Shown in pieces: positions 28,701-43,669 of a DNA stretch of 64,000 nucleotides. The notes beneath the pieces were generated by a model. That model saw only the letters and a list, made by a program, of their open reading frames with translations, ran no database searches and had not been told where the DNA came from. The first letter of the stretch is position 1; every line of letters starts with the position of its first letter. The position numbers and the translations under genes were made by a program. Source of the DNA: Anaeramoeba ignava BMAN (taxonomy: Eukaryota; Protista; Anaeramoebae); the NCBI GenBank assembly GCA_028826165.1, contig JAPDFW010000056.1:372001-436000 (forward strand), read 5' to 3'.

Positions 28701-31700
28701 TTTTTGTTGATCTTTTTGTTTAAGAAAATTTTTGATTTCAGTTTCAATAAGGTATTTTGTTTGATAAAAAACTTCTGATTGTAAGTAATTTGGATTAAAA
28801 TAAAGTAATAAAATATGTTTTTTCTTATCAGATGATTTAAGGTTTTTTTGAAACCAATTATTTGATAAATGTTGTTTTAATTTTTTATCAGTTTCAAAAT
28901 TATTAAGATTTATTGATTCACATTCATAACTTTGATCAATTTCAATTTTTTGGAATTCTGGTGAAAGTGTAAAAATAATTGAATTTCGGATTTTTTTTGG
29001 AATAATTTCATTATCCAATAAATCATTTAAACTTTGGTGAAAAGAATTAAGATATTCATCACATAAAAATTCTAATTTTTCTGAATTATAATCATATTCA
29101 TCTCCATCTTTATCTTTATCTTTTTGTTTTTCTAAATAATTTTTTAATTCAATAATTTTATCAACTTTACATAATCTAAGCCAATATTTTGTCCAATCTT
29201 TTTCCAAAGGTTTCCATGAATTTTCATTTCCGATTTCATTTTCAATTTCATTTTCAATTTCATTTTCATTTTCAATTTCATTTTCATTTTCAATTTCATT
29301 TTCATTTTGATTTTGATTTTCATTTTCATTTTCAATTTCATTTTGATTTTCATTTTGATTTTGATTTTGATTCTCATTTTTATTGTTATTGTTATTGTTG
29401 TTTAATTTTTTGAAAGATTTTTGCATTTTAACTCCAAGAGTTGAAAATAAATCATCATTATAATTCGAAATCAATGTATCAAATCTAATTAATTTTTTTG
29501 TTTTTGTTTCTATAAGTTGTAAATATTCTTCTTGCATTTTTATAAAGTTTTTAATATCATCATTTTTAATAAAATCCATTGGAATTAAAAGTTGTTTTTC
29601 AAATCTATTCAAAATAGCTGGTGATTCAAATCCATATGCTCTTTTTTTGGTTGTGATAACAATAGCCCTGAATTCTGGATTAACAGGAATATATTGTGAA
29701 TCATTTCCAAATGAAATTCTTGCAAAAAGTTGATCTCCTGTTGATTGATATTTCTGATCAAAAAGATCATATAATGGCTCAAAAAGTTGTTGATTATTGC
29801 AAAAAATAACTGTTTGTCCTAATGAAACTGCAAATTTAACTTTTCCAATATTTTCTAAAATTCTAAAAATTTTCTTATCTTCTGAAAATGAAGATCCAAA
29901 TAATACAATGCATTCCTTAGAAATTTGTGAAATGAATAAAGGAAATTGTGATAAATCATTCAAAATAATCATTAAATGTCTTGAAGTTTTATGAATTTCA
30001 TTTTGATTTAATTCATATTTTTTTTCTTTTTCTTTTTCTTTTTCTTTTGGAAGTAAATATCCTTTTAAGTTTTGTTTAATTAATGAATATGATTTTGGTT
30101 TTGATTCTAAATCAAATTTAGAAATATTCAATATTTTAGATATTTCTGGAATTAAATCTTCAAATAAATCAGGACGAGATCCAAAATTACGATAAATGAA
30201 ATTCAACATAACTTTTGGATCTGTGTATTCTTTGTGAAATTTTGAATTGGATAATGCAATCATTTTTAATAAATGATAAAAGTCTCTTAATCCAAAATAA
30301 CTTCTTTTTGAAACATTCTTTGTTGTTTTATTAGATTTATTAATTTGTGAAATTCTTTGATTTTGTTCTTGAATAATAGCTAAATATAAATTTGTTAATT
30401 TTTGAGAAAGAGTTTCAGAATCTTGAAATCTATAATTATAAGAAGAAGAAGAAAGTAATAATTTTGAAGTTTTTTTAAGATCATCTTTGCTTAATTCTGG
30501 TCTACGAAGTAAAATAGCTCTATTTGTATTTGCTGGATCTAATTGCCAATTAGAAATTGCAAGAACAGAAACTGGTCTTTGATTTTCATTTTCATTTTCA
30601 TTTTGATTTTGATTTTGATTTTGATTAAGATCTATTTTATCTGAATGTTCAAGTTCAGAATGTAAAACTTTTAAAGGTAAGTCAGGACTTAATTCAGCTA
30701 AAGCAACTTCATCTAAAATTACAACAGGAATTATATCTGTTTGACTAATACTTTTTGCATGATGTCTTGCTGAATCAAATGTTTTTTTAATTCCTTCTGA
30801 TGTTGTAACAGGAGAACATTGAATATAAAAAGGTTTTAATCCTGGTAAATTCCATTTTTGAATAAACTCATTTTTATTTCCTGGTCTTAAAATATCAATT
30901 AAAATTTCAATAGAAAGAGATTTAGAAGATCCTAAATAAAAATATAAATAAATATCAAAATAAAAATCAATATTTATTAATTAATAAATTCTTTTCTTTC
31001 TTTTTTGGGAAATTTACCTGGTTTTCCAACAATAAATAATGGGATATGAGAATAACAAGAAATAAATACTAATAATAAATTTTCTTTAATTGCTTCATTT
31101 AATGCTATTGTATTATCATGTTCTTTAATTCCTAATTTTTCAACTAAATTTTCTTCAATCACACTTAAAATTTCTTTTATAGAAGGAACTTGATTACCCC
31201 ATCCCCTTAAACGAGAATATTTTGATTGGAAACTTAATAGAATATCTTCTCTTTTTTTTCCAATAAATCTAATTGCATAACAAGCAAATAAAGATAATAA
31301 AATAGCAGAATCAACTTTGGAAGCTCCATCAAATAATGGAGAAAGAAGAGCTTTTCCTGCTTGATTTTCTAATAACCATTTGAATAATCTGAGAGTTTTT
31401 GATACATCTCTTAAAGAAACTGAACTTTTTTTATCACTTGAATTTCTTCTGGTTAATTCATGAGCAAGACTAATCATTTCTGTAAAATTATCAACTACAT
31501 TCTCAGTAAAGTAAGTTGTGTTTGTGTTTTGATTTGATTTTTTTAATTCTTCGATTGTTCTAAAAACCATTTTATTAATGTATTTTTTTTCTAAATCTTC
31601 TATAATTTCTCCATAATCATAAATATCATCAAGAAAAGAATCTGGAATAGGATGAACTCGATATACAGCTTGTCTATTTCTTTTCATTTCTTCTTGTCTT

Positions 31701-34700
31701 TCTCCATAATCAAATTGAAGTTCTTCATTTATGAAAAGTTCACTTTCTTCATCATAATCATCATCTCCATAATAATTTAAATCTAAATTAGAATTATAGT
31801 TTGAATGTTTAGAATAAATGTGATTATATTGATTATTATCATAAATATAACCAAAATGTCCTCTATTTTTTCTTTCATTTTCTTTTTTTTCATTTGATTT
31901 AATTCTAAGTCTATAAGGATTTGCTGCTCCTAATAATCTAAGTCGTGAAGAAAGAGGTTTTCCATTAATAGATCTATCAATTAAAATTTCTTTTAATAAA
32001 ATAATGCAATCTTTAGATGCTGTATTAAATTCATCAAAGAAAATATTAACAAAAGATAAATTATCTTCATCTAATAATTCATTTGCTTTTTGAATTGTTT
32101 TGATTATATCTTGTCTTGTTGTTCCTCCATGAGTATTATGTACTATCAAATTTTCTTGCATAACAACTTTAATTAAATACTCAATTAATGCAGTTTTTCC
32201 ACATCCAGTTTCTCCTAATAAAATTACAGGAAGACCTGCAATTAATTTGTTTTGAATAAAAAGCATCTTTAAAATATTATCATCTGTTAATACATATCTT
32301 GTTTGTTCTTCTTTAAGTCTTTTTATAAGATCCTTTTTGATACTTTCCTCAACTTGTCTCAATTGCTGTGAAATTCTACCATTATTTGGATGAAGTTTTA
32401 ATGAAGATAAAATTCTAGATGTATCATTAATTTCAGCAGTTTGTTCTAATTTATTTGAAAAGTCTTTTGTAATCCCAACTTTGTTAGTTTTAAGGGGTTC
32501 TTGAATTTCACGTGGAAAAATTTTATTCATCATCTTTTGATCTTGAATAATGATATCAAATGAAATTTGACCTGTTTCATTATAAATAAGCAATAAAAGA
32601 ATCAAATTTCTTTCACTCCATTTTTTTGTTTCTGAAAAAAGTTGAGATAAAGTTTCTAAATTATTTGAATTTTCATCTTTTGCTTGATTTGTCCAATTTA
32701 CTGAACGTGAAACCATATTAAATGCAGTTAATGTGAATATTTCCCAAAATTTCTGAAGGAATGTGTTTGCTTGAGATTCATTTCCTTCAAAAATCCATTT
32801 TGCTGTATTAGGGTTTAAAAATTCATATTTTGATAATTGGATAATGTTGAATTTTAACATTGAACCTAAATTTGAAATGATTCTAAAAGTAAGAGAATTA
32901 TCAGTTACTTTTAAAATTTCTTTTAAAGACTTAAAGAAATTAATTAAATTTGGTTCTTGTTTCAAAAGATCTTCTCTTTCATCATCTTTCTTATCTTTAA
33001 ATGCTTGGAATAAATCCTTTTTTATTTCAAATAATCTTGCCATTTTTTTCAAATCTTTATCAATAATCCTTTGAATTCCTGAATAATCTATTTGAAAATT
33101 ATCAAAACTAAAACATTTTTCATCAACAAAACATTTCTTTTCTTGTAAATATTTTAATGGAGTAAAATGATTTATTCCATTTTCAGAATTTAATGTTCTG
33201 CTACTTGGTATTTCAAATGCAATTTCGAAAGTTGAATCCAATGACCAAATTAATAATTTTTCTTCAGAAATGTATCTTTTGGTTTCAATTGATTTCCACA
33301 TTAGTAATGTCCAAAGAAGATTTAATGTTTCTTGTTCTGGAAAGAATGGAAGTTCAATATGAAGATATTTGATACTTTTTTCATCAAGATTTTCTTGATT
33401 AATTTTTTGTATTTGTTTAAGGAATTCTTTTTTTGTTCCTTTTTTAAGAGAAATATTAAAATAGAGATATTTTTTTTGATTTTTATCTTGATTTGATTTT
33501 TTCTCATAAAAATTTTTTTGAATTTGATAAGTTTTCCCACAACCTGCAAGTTCAGATGTAAAAGTTTGAATATTTTCTTGATAATCTTTAAATTTAGAAA
33601 AAATGTATTGAAATTGGGTTCTTTCTAATGTTTGAATATTTTCATTGATATTTCCATTGTTAAATGCTTGAAGATAATTGAAATATTGATAAGAATCTCC
33701 TGAACAAATAATTAATAAAGGATATCTTGTTTTATAATTAATTAATTGAAGTTTTTGAATTAGAATATCACAAGTTGTTTTGTTTAAATCTTGGCCAAAT
33801 AAAACTGTAAACAGGAATTTTTGATTTTGATTTTCACTTCTTCCTCCTCTTTTTTCATTTTCAATTTCATTTTGATTTTCATTTTCATTTTCATTTTCGT
33901 TTTCATTTTCAATTTGATTTTCATTTTGATTTTCATTTTGATTTTCGTTTTGTAATTCATATATTTCAGATGATGTATTATAAATTTTATAAATAAAAAG
34001 GAAATTATCAATATCTTCTTCATTTGTTTCTGGATTGCAAATCAAAACATTCTCTCTTAAAGGAAAACTTGAACAATATCCAAAATATAAAGAAGTTGCA
34101 ATATCATAAATTGAATTTTTGTTTTCTGTTTTATAAAGGAATATAAGTGGATCTTGTATTGTTCCTTTTCTTTTATGTAAAATTTGACTATATTTGTTTA
34201 AAAATTGAAATTCTTGTGTATTAATTTTTGGTATTTTTCTAATTCTTTCTGGAATGGTTTCTTCAAATTTAATTTTTGTATTTAAACTTTTATAAAAAGA
34301 TTTGAATAATGAAGATTCTTTTTTCTGCTTAATATTTTTCATTTTCTTTTCTAATTTTGTAATGAAATTATATGATTTTTTTGAGGAAATTGTTTCTTGT
34401 TTAAAAAATTGGAAAAAGAATTTTGTTTCTTGTATATTTTTTTCAAAATAAAAATGATTAAAAATTGAGAAAAGTTGTTCATGAGAGAAAATTCTTGTTA
34501 TTCTAAACTCCAAACTTTCATTAATTTGTTTTTTCCAATCAATTAAATCTTCTTCATATTTATCTTTTAAAAATTTCAATTCATTTTCCCAATTTGAATT
34601 TGGTGTTAATTCTAATTTATCATTAAATTGTGAGTGATGATATTTGAAATGAGATTTATGAATTAATTCATCAAGAGTTCTTGATATTTTTTCAATTATA

Positions 34701-37700
34701 GGGAATATTCTTTGAAAATCTTCAATATATTGTTTTTCTATTGGATCTTCTTTTTTATCAAAAAGTTGAGATTTTTGACTTTGTGCTATTTGTGTATCTT
34801 GCAAAACATAAATCATTTGATAAAAATCATCAAACTTAAGTTCATCACTTCCTACATTACAAATAAAATTTCCTGATTGATTTTTATCCTTTTTTTTTGA
34901 AAAAAATTCGAAAATACAACCTTCGCTAAACATTTTTTGGATATTATCAAAAGCTTTTTGTTGAATAGATAAGTTAATTGATTTCAATTCTTCTAAAAAT
35001 TCATAAAACATGGAATGCAAAAGTTTAAAATCAAAGCTATAATTACTATGTTTGTTTTGGAAATCTTTTTCTGATTCTTCAATTTCATGAAGGAGTTGAT
35101 CAATATCTTTAAATTTTTTTTGATATAAATATTTTTCCATTCTTTTTCTTAATAATGTAATCAATGTTATTTCAACAAAAACTCGAGGATCACCAATAAG
35201 AGCACATTTCTTCATTGTATTTCCAAATTCATTATCATCTTTTTGTTTTCTGAGCCAATTTAAAACATCTGTTTGGAATATTACTTCTTCATTTTCTGAT
35301 TGAATTTGAATTTTGTTTTTAGGTTTTTCTTTTCTTGAAAATTGAACACCTTGATTTTCATCATTTGATTTTTGTTCTTCTTGTTTTTCATTTGTTATTT
35401 GTTCAAAATTATCTTTGGATCTTTGTTGGATAAGTTGTCCAATAAAATCTAAAATTGTGGAAGTGAGATATTTCATTGTTAATTGTGTTGTTTCTAATAT
35501 TTTTTTGGAATCTTTCAAGGTTTTTGTTTTATCAATTTTTTTTGGAAGAAATTCAGGTTGAGTTTCAAATTCAAATTCTTTGCAAAATTCTTTCATAGAA
35601 CGTAAATTTTTGTTATTTTTGATAGATTGATGATAATTCAAAATATACTCTGGACCAATTTTATATGTTTGTGCTCCAGGAAAAAAATAATTTAATTTTG
35701 AGATTTGTTCTTTGATTTCTTCTTGTGTTAATTCTAAAGGGAAAAGTTGTTCTATTTTTAATAAAGTGATTTGTTCTGTTCCAAATTCTTTTTGAATTAA
35801 TTCCCATTTTTCTTTGGATTTTTTGAAAATAACATTTTGCATATCTTGAAAATTTATTTTAGTTTTAATTTTGTTGTAATATTCTTCTTTTTCTTCTTCC
35901 CAAATATCAAAAAATATATGACTTTGTTTCAAATTGATTAAAGTATTTATAATTTCAAAACTTATAGCAATATCAGAACCAAAAATAAAATTTGAAAAGA
36001 TTAATGTTTCTGCATTTGAAAGTTTAATTTCATTTTGATTTTGATTTTGATTTTGATTTTGATTTTGATTTTTTTCTTTTTTTTCTTTTTCTTTTTCTTT
36101 TTCATTTTGATTTTGATTTTGATTTTGATTTTGATTTTCTTTTTCTTTTTCTTTTTCTTTTTCTTTTTCTTTTTCTTTTTCTTTTTCTTTTTGATTTTCA
36201 ATTTCATTTTCATTTATTTCAGTTTCTAATTCTTGATTAATTTGTTCAATTTTTTGATCAATAGAAGAAATATCAAAGAAAGTATTATCTAAAAATAGTG
36301 AAGAAAAGGAATTCAATGATCCTTTTTTGGAAAGGATATTGCTATAACTTTCTTCAGATTTTTGGAATATAGAATTAAGTTTGAATATTTGGAAATATTG
36401 AGGATATTTTGCTTTGTTTTTATTATAATCTGAAAATAACTTGATAGAACATTGAGAAGGATTATTTAAAATTTGATTTCTAATAAAAATTTGTTCTTTC
36501 CATTTTGTAATTAAATTCCAAAACTTATTTTGTTTAAATTTTTCTAAATTTTCAGTTTGTGAATTGGAAATTTTTTGAAACCAATTAAAAACAATAATAA
36601 GTTTTTGTGGATTTAATTTATCATTCTTAATTAAAGTAAAAAATTTTTCATTTTCAATTTCATTTTCTTTTGTTGAAGAGAATAAATATCTTTGAAATAA
36701 ACGACATTGATAAGGATCAACAGGAAAAGTTGAAAGAATATATTTATCGCTCATCATTTGTTGTGGATCAACTTTTTTAAACATTGAAAAAATAAATTTG
36801 TCAGATAATTGTTTGAATAAATCTAATTTGAATTTGAATTTAGTAATGAATTTGTTTTTTGATTCATTTTGCAAGAAATTAAAAGGATTTAGATTTTTCT
36901 TAAAGGAAGATAATTTGTTTTTAAGGAATTTCTTAATATTATTTTCTTGATTATTTTCTTCAATAAAATATTTTTTAAATTGATCAAAAAAATTATCCCA
37001 AAATATAATAAATTCTTTTAATTGAAAAGTTTTAAAGTTAACACCTTGAATTAATCTTAATCTTTGTTCTAATGAAATTATTTCCAACATATTTTCAATA
37101 ATTTTATTCTTTTGAATCATTTTTTTGAAAAAATTATAATCAAAATAATTTTTTTGTAAAAAGAAATCTATAAAGTCCCAATTTAATTTTGATTGGAAAA
37201 ATTTTGAGCTTTGGAAAATATTAATCATTTCAATAAATTTTTGTGGAAATTCATTTTTCTTAATAAAATTTGGATTTGGTTTATTTTGGATATTCAAAGC
37301 ATGATAAAGTGGATAATAGAAAGCTGATTTTATTTCTTTTCGGTTTTTTTCCAATATTTCAATTAAATTTTCAATAAATTTTGTTTTATCAGTTATTTTC
37401 CTATCTTGCATTTCTCCAATTAATTCAATAAAATTAGAAATTTCTTTTTCATTTCCAGGTAAAACAATATTGAATAATTGTTTTGAAGATGGATCAATGA
37501 ATAAAATGATAAAAATCCTTGATAATAAAGATAATTTATGAGAATTTTGACTTTCTAAAAATTTTTGTTGATTAAAAAATTCAGGAATAAAATCTTTTTG
37601 TTTAAAATTTTGATTTGACATTTGTTCAACTGCAATCATTGTTTGTTGAAATTGAAAAATAATATCAACAGAAGATTTTTGAATATATTTAAAAAAGGCA

Positions 37701-38701
37701 GAAAGAAATTCAGCACCAATTTCTTTTGGGAGATCTTCCTTTTTAGATCCAAAAAAGTTTGTGATTTTTTTCCCCAATTTTTTTAACAATCCTTTTTCTG
37801 CAAATCCAATATGAAACAAGTATTTATTCTTATCTTTTTTTAAACTTTGAATTTTTAATGTATTTGGTAAATCAAAATAAACATTTGTTTTTGGATAAGA
37901 TGCTTGAAATTTCAAATTTGTTTCTTTTAATTTTTTTTGGAATTCAAAAACCCAAATATTATTTTGATTTCTTTCTAATTTTTTTATTCCATTTTTTTGA
38001 TTTTTAAATTGTAATTTAATTTGATTTGGATTTGAAATTTTTTCTTTTTCTTCTTTTTTTTTGACTTTTTTTTTGAGTTCTTCAATAACTTGTTTGGAAT
38101 CAGCATAAATAAAAATAATTGCATTATAATCACCAATTTGTTCTTTAACTTTCTTTTTCTCTTTCTCTTTTTCTTTCTCTTTCTTTATATGTTGATGTTT
38201 TTGATTTTGTGATGTTTGTTTTGGTTTTTGATTTGTTTGTTTTGGTTTTTGATTTGTTTGTTCTCTTCTTTGATTTGTTTGTTTTGGTTTTTGATTTGTT
38301 TGTTTTGGTTTTTGTTTTTGATTTGTTTGTTCTCTTCTTTGATTTGTTTGTTCTCTTATTTGATTTGTTTGTTTTGGTTTTTGTTTTTGATTTGTTTGTT
38401 CTCTTCTTTGATTTGTTTGATTTGTTTGTTCTCTTCTTTGATCTGTTTGTTTTTGTTTTTGATTTGTTTGTTTTGGTTTTTGTTTTTGATTTGTTTGTTC
38501 TCTTATTTGATTTGTTTGTTTTGGTTTTTGATTTGTTTGTTCTCTTCTTTGATTTGTTTGATTTGTTTGTTTTGGTTTTTGTTGTTGATTTGTTTGATTT
38601 GTTTGATTTGTTTGTTTTGGTTTTTGTTGTTGATTTGTTTGTTGAATTTGTTTCTTTTCTTGTTCTTTTTCTTTTTGTTGTTTTGTTTCTTCGTTTCCCA
38701 T
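22795..38701 (-). CDS. RNF213: Giant RNF213/mysterin-like dynein-type AAA+ protein (~5,000+ aa); one intron at 31017-30932; several frame disruptions between ~25.6 and 27.8 kb
   Basis: LAGCGKT, LLGETGCGKT, IFFDEFN, AANPYR, VYRVHPIP, VSLRDV; spliced GKPGSSKSL; QCSP, VILDEVALAE..PLKVLH, ISNWQLDPA, FGLRDFY, RNFG, FGSSF, LNRFEKQ; degenerate RZ finger near 24805-24882. Confidence 0.88.
25520..26280 (-). repeat. Coding hexamer repeat encoding poly-(NQ/NE) tract in the RNF213-like gene
   Basis: (TTTTGA)n on the + strand; a 1-nt indel near 25660 switches NQ to KI. Confidence 0.9.
38210..38645 (-). repeat. Coding minisatellite encoding QTNQ-KPK / QTNQ-RRE N-terminal repeats of the RNF213-like protein
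   Basis: Visible modular repeat within ORF 30977-38701. Confidence 0.85.
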
Positions 38702-39131
38702 TTAAATTTTTAGTAAAAAAAAAATGAAAATAAATTTTTTTTTTTTGTTTTTATTTTTATTTGAAATGAAAAAGAAAAAAAGTGAACATTTTTTTTTAAT
38801 TAAAAAATTAATAAAAGAAAACAAGTTTACGATCCAATTCTGTTTTCTTATTTAATTTATTTTTTTAATTTAAATTCAAAATAAAATAAAATTTATTATG
38901 TTTGATTTTAATTAACAATTAAATTGGAAAGAAAAAGTGGAAAGAAAAAAAGAAAAAGTGGAAAGTGCTTAAATCAGTCATTCCATCAATGATTATTTGA
39001 GTCATTGTATTTTTTGAATGAATTAATTAATAAAAAATTAAAGCAGAACTTTAATATTTGATTTATTTTTGAATTGATTTATTTTTTGGTTCATTTTAAA
39101 TGATTTTTGATTTATGATTTAATTTATTTAT

Positions 39132-39877
39132 TTATTTATTTATCCCTAAAATCCTGACTTTATGCATAAAAGGAACTTTAGCAATAACAATCACACCTGA
39201 AGCAAAAATATTTAAACCAAAAGCAGTTAAAGATAATTTTGTATGACTAATTGTTATCATAAATCTATTTAGATGAAAAAATAAATAAATAAATTTATTT
39301 AATTAATAATGAATTAATGTAAATTAATTTTATATTATTTTTTTCAATATGGAAAATAATCAATTCAAATTTTTAACTTAAATTGTTCTTTTTATTAGAA
39401 TTATAAAAATTTAATTCAAAATGATGAAAAAATTACAAAACAATCGGAATGACAATAAGCACTTTTCGAGTCCAAGTATTTTGGACTTCAAAATCAATCT
39501 GTTCCCAAAAAGTATGTCGATCAAATCTACCTTGGTCATAATCAAAAGGAGTACCTTTAACCCAATGAAAAGCAAAAAAAGTAATCTTTAATTAAAAATT
39601 CAAAGAAAGAATAAAAAAAAAATTTTGTTAAAAATTTCATTTCATTTCATTTCATTATATTATATTATGAGTATACAATAGTGTGAGTAATATTTGTTAT
39701 TGTCCAAGCTGTTCCAGCATTTTCAACTCCAATCATCCACATAAAAACTCGAAATCCAACAATTAAACAAAGATAAATTGCCCAGAAATATTTATCACTT
39801 GCCCAATTAACACTTCGAATAACAACTGGTTCTCCATTATTTTGTACTTGTTTTTCAGATGGAACTTTTAAAAGCAT
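39132..39877 (-). CDS. ORMDL: ORM1/ORMDL serine palmitoyltransferase regulator, 3 exons
   Basis: Spliced: AWTITNITH, FHWVKGTPF..DQG, TFWEQID, TRKVLIVIPIV, IAKVPFMHKVRILGINK. Confidence 0.93.
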
Positions 39878-40136
39878 TTTTTTTTTTGATAATTAAAAAA
39901 GGAAATTAAAAAAAAAATGAAAATTAAAAAAATTGAAAAAAAAAAAATTGTTTTTTCTTTATTTTTTTTCCTTTTGAAAAGATTAAAAAAAAAATAATAT
40001 TTTCTTCATTTGATTAAAGAAAAAAGAAAAAAGAAAAAAGAAAAGAAGAAGAGAAGAAAAAAAAAAAGTGGAAGAAATTGAAAAATTAGATCAAAATTCC
40101 AAAAAAAAAAAAAATAATAAGATTGATTTTTAAAAA

Positions 40137-41681
40137 TTAATTATCATTTGATCCAAGTGACTTAAAAGAAAAAGGAGTAAATTTTGTTCCTTCTCCAGAA
40201 TAAAATTTATTTTGGAATTCAACCCAATGAAGTCTTAAAGAATGAAGAAAAGCAGAAAACGATTCCATAACCATAAGAACTCCAATAGTAATTGCAGCCC
40301 AAATAGCAAAACCGAAAAAAACAATAAAAGAATATGTAGTTAACGGAAGCATTACGAGTTTATCCCAAAAAACTTTACTTAATTCTAATATTTAAAAAAT
40401 TTATTATTATTATTATTTATTTGATTTGATTTGATTTGATTTGAAAAAAATACGGGAATGTGCTAAAGAAAGTGCCCATAAACGAAGATATGATGCTGTG
40501 TTTGAAATGGAACCCAAAACAAATTCAATTGTTTCGATAATTTGTTCAACAAAAATTTCTGAAATTGGTATGTTCTCTTCATCCTCTTCTTCTGAATCTT
40601 TTTTTTCTTGGAATCTTTCCACTTTCGGTTTTTGTAAAACTATCTTTTTTTGGTTATTGTCATCTGATAAATCTTCAATTTCAAGTTCATCATTATCTGA
40701 TTTACTCTCGATTAATTTTTTCTCAATTTCGTTGGTATTTAATAATTCTCTACTATCTTCAAAATTGTCATTATGAATTTTAACCAATTTTTTTTGGCCT
40801 TTCATCATTTTCTTTTTCTTTTTAATTCTATGTCTCAAAATCCAAGGTTTTGGACAAAGCATCCACGGTATTGAAATAACAACCATAAACAAGAGAATTA
40901 ATTGAACAGTTCCTTGTTTTTCATAAATTTGGTCATCAGTCTTCACAGATCCTGGAGATAACACAAACTTGATTAAAGTGTTGATTAGCATAACTCCTCC
41001 ATGTTGTTTTGGATTGCTTCGTTGATTCCATCTTATTGTCCATTTGTAAAATACCAAAAATACCATATATCCAAAAAAACTGACCATCAGTACCATTTGT
41101 GGAAGAAATTCAAACCAAACATTGATCCACTTTTTGAAGTGAATTGAATTCATTAAACTCAATACAATTCCCATAATCATCTAAAAATTGATTTATTTTT
41201 GTTTTTGATATAAGAAGATAAATATTTTTTTTTCAATTAAATTCAATTCAATTCAAATATTACATGACTAACGCCATAAATCACAGACATTTTCATTTTC
41301 AATGAATTGACATATAATAATTCATTTTTTTTATGAACCCATTCTTTTTATCAAATAATAAATAAATAAAATTAATAAATAAATAATTAAATAATTAAAT
41401 AAATAATTAAAGTACGTGGATCAACACCAACTGGATAAACACAATCATTATATTTCAGAAGATAATGATCTCCTCCTGTTGCATTTTTTTCCCAACATGT
41501 TCCAAAAAAATCAATTGGAATTGAAAATGTTTCATTATAAAGAAAACCTGTATACATGCTGAATATTCCCATCATTAGCATAATATATCTTCCCTCAAAA
41601 AGTGTTAATGAAATCTTTTTTATTTTCATTTTATTATTATTTTTATTATTATTTTTATTTTTATTTTTATTTTTATTTTTA

Positions 41682-41712
<31 letters not shown>

Positions 41713-43531
41713 TTGATACATCAGTTAAACCTAATCGTAATAACTTCCTTTCAAACATAACTAATATTAATCCAGTCAAAGTTAGAATAAACCCATGACC
41801 CAAATCTCCAAACATAACTGCAAATAAAAAGGGGAATGTGATCATTGTAAAAGGACCTGGATTAACTTCTTGATAATTTGCTATTCCATAAGAATCAACT
41901 AAATTTTGGAATCCTCTTTGGAATTTGTTTGTTTGAAAATATGTTGGTGGCATTTCTTTGTCTATTCTTAAAATATTCAAAATTGCAGGAATTTGAACAC
42001 CACTTGTATCCTTTTATATTTTTTTTTAATTTATTAAATTAAATCAAATCAAATCAAATCAAATCAAATGAATAATTACAGATGCTTTTTTGAGTAAAAT
42101 TCTGATATTATTGATTAAAGATGTTGGACACCATCCTTCTCCTATCCAACATTTCTTATTTGGATCATATCGAAATAAATTCATTGTATGATAAATTAGT
42201 TTTTCTCTTTGGATCCTTTTTTTCCAGAATTCTATGTTTGTTTTGACTCTTTCAAGAGTATTTTTGATTTGACGTAATCCTTTATCAACAACAGATCGGA
42301 TTTCTCTGTTTTATTTATTAATAATTTCTAATTTTAATTTTATTAATTTTATTAATTTTTTTTTTTACGCAATCTCTTGATCAGTTTTATTGAAAAGTTC
42401 ATTTCTTTCATTTTGTTGAGATGGGATTTGAAATAATTTTGCTCCGAAACTTTGAATAATTCTTTGCACTCTTTCTCCCAATTGTTCTCCTTCACAAAAA
42501 AACACAAAAGCTTTCTTTCCAACTTTTCGATTTGCCTAAATATAAATTATTATTAATTTCATTTTAAATTCAACAAATTTAAACAAGTTTTATTGAAGAA
42601 AAATACTTTTTGGAAATCATTAAACATAATTTCATCATCTGAGAATTTCAAAAGCATATTTCCTCTTGTTGTTCTCCACAAAATTCTTTCTAATGTTGCG
42701 ATTTTGTCTTTTTCAACTGAACCGCTATAATATCTTTAATTCATGAAAAAGGTTTGGTTTGTTTTTTGATAAAAAATTTAATAAAAAGTTTAATGTGTTT
42801 TCTTGGATATTTTCCAAATTGCAAATTTTAAATTCTAAATGAAAAAAAACCTTAAATTTATATCTTGATCATTATCAATTAATGAGAGTTCTAAGTCATT
42901 TGGATCCTTAAATTGATTTTGTTTATTTTGCTCTATATTTATAGCTCCTCTTCCCTTTAAAAATATAAATAAAATAAATTATAAAAATATAAATAAAAAT
43001 AAATTAATACATCTCCATAAAGATTTTGGCTTTGTAAAATGACGAATCTTTTTTCTTTCAAATCAAAATATCTTTCACGAATTTCTTTCTGACTTTCATT
43101 GGTTTGTTGGACATCTTCAAAAATTTGATCAATTAAAGCTTCCAAATTTTCGAAAGAAGATTCAGCAATTTGGTCAATATCATCTTTTTCTAAATGCTGA
43201 GAACGAATTTCAAATGATGCGCTTTCAATTTGCAAATCAAAATATCGTAATTTTCTTTCAATTTCATCACATCTTCTAACTTCATTAATATAACTTCTTT
43301 CAAATGATTTCAAAGTTGTATTTGTCTAGAAAAATGTATAAAATTTTGTTTTGTAGAAATAAAATAATTATCCAAATAAATTGAAAAAAGGAAAAAATAG
43401 AGAATTATTTTTACATCAATAAATTGAATTGCTCCCATTTCTCCAAGTTGATTTAAAGTTTCATATAAAGAATCAGGTTGGAGATAAAGTTCAATTTTCG
43501 ACATTTCTTGACTTCTTAAAAGGTTCCCCAT
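40137..43531 (-). CDS. ATP6V0A: V-type ATPase V0 subunit a, about ten introns
   Basis: [91 protein letters not shown]. Confidence 0.95.
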
Positions 43532-43669
43532 TTCTAAAAAGAAATTTAAATATGATTCCAAATGTAATTTATAATTAAAAATTATATTTATATTTTTTGT
43601 TTTAAACAAGTTGGAATGGTTTTTGAATGATTTTTGGATTATTGAGTTGTTTTTTTAAAAACACATAAA

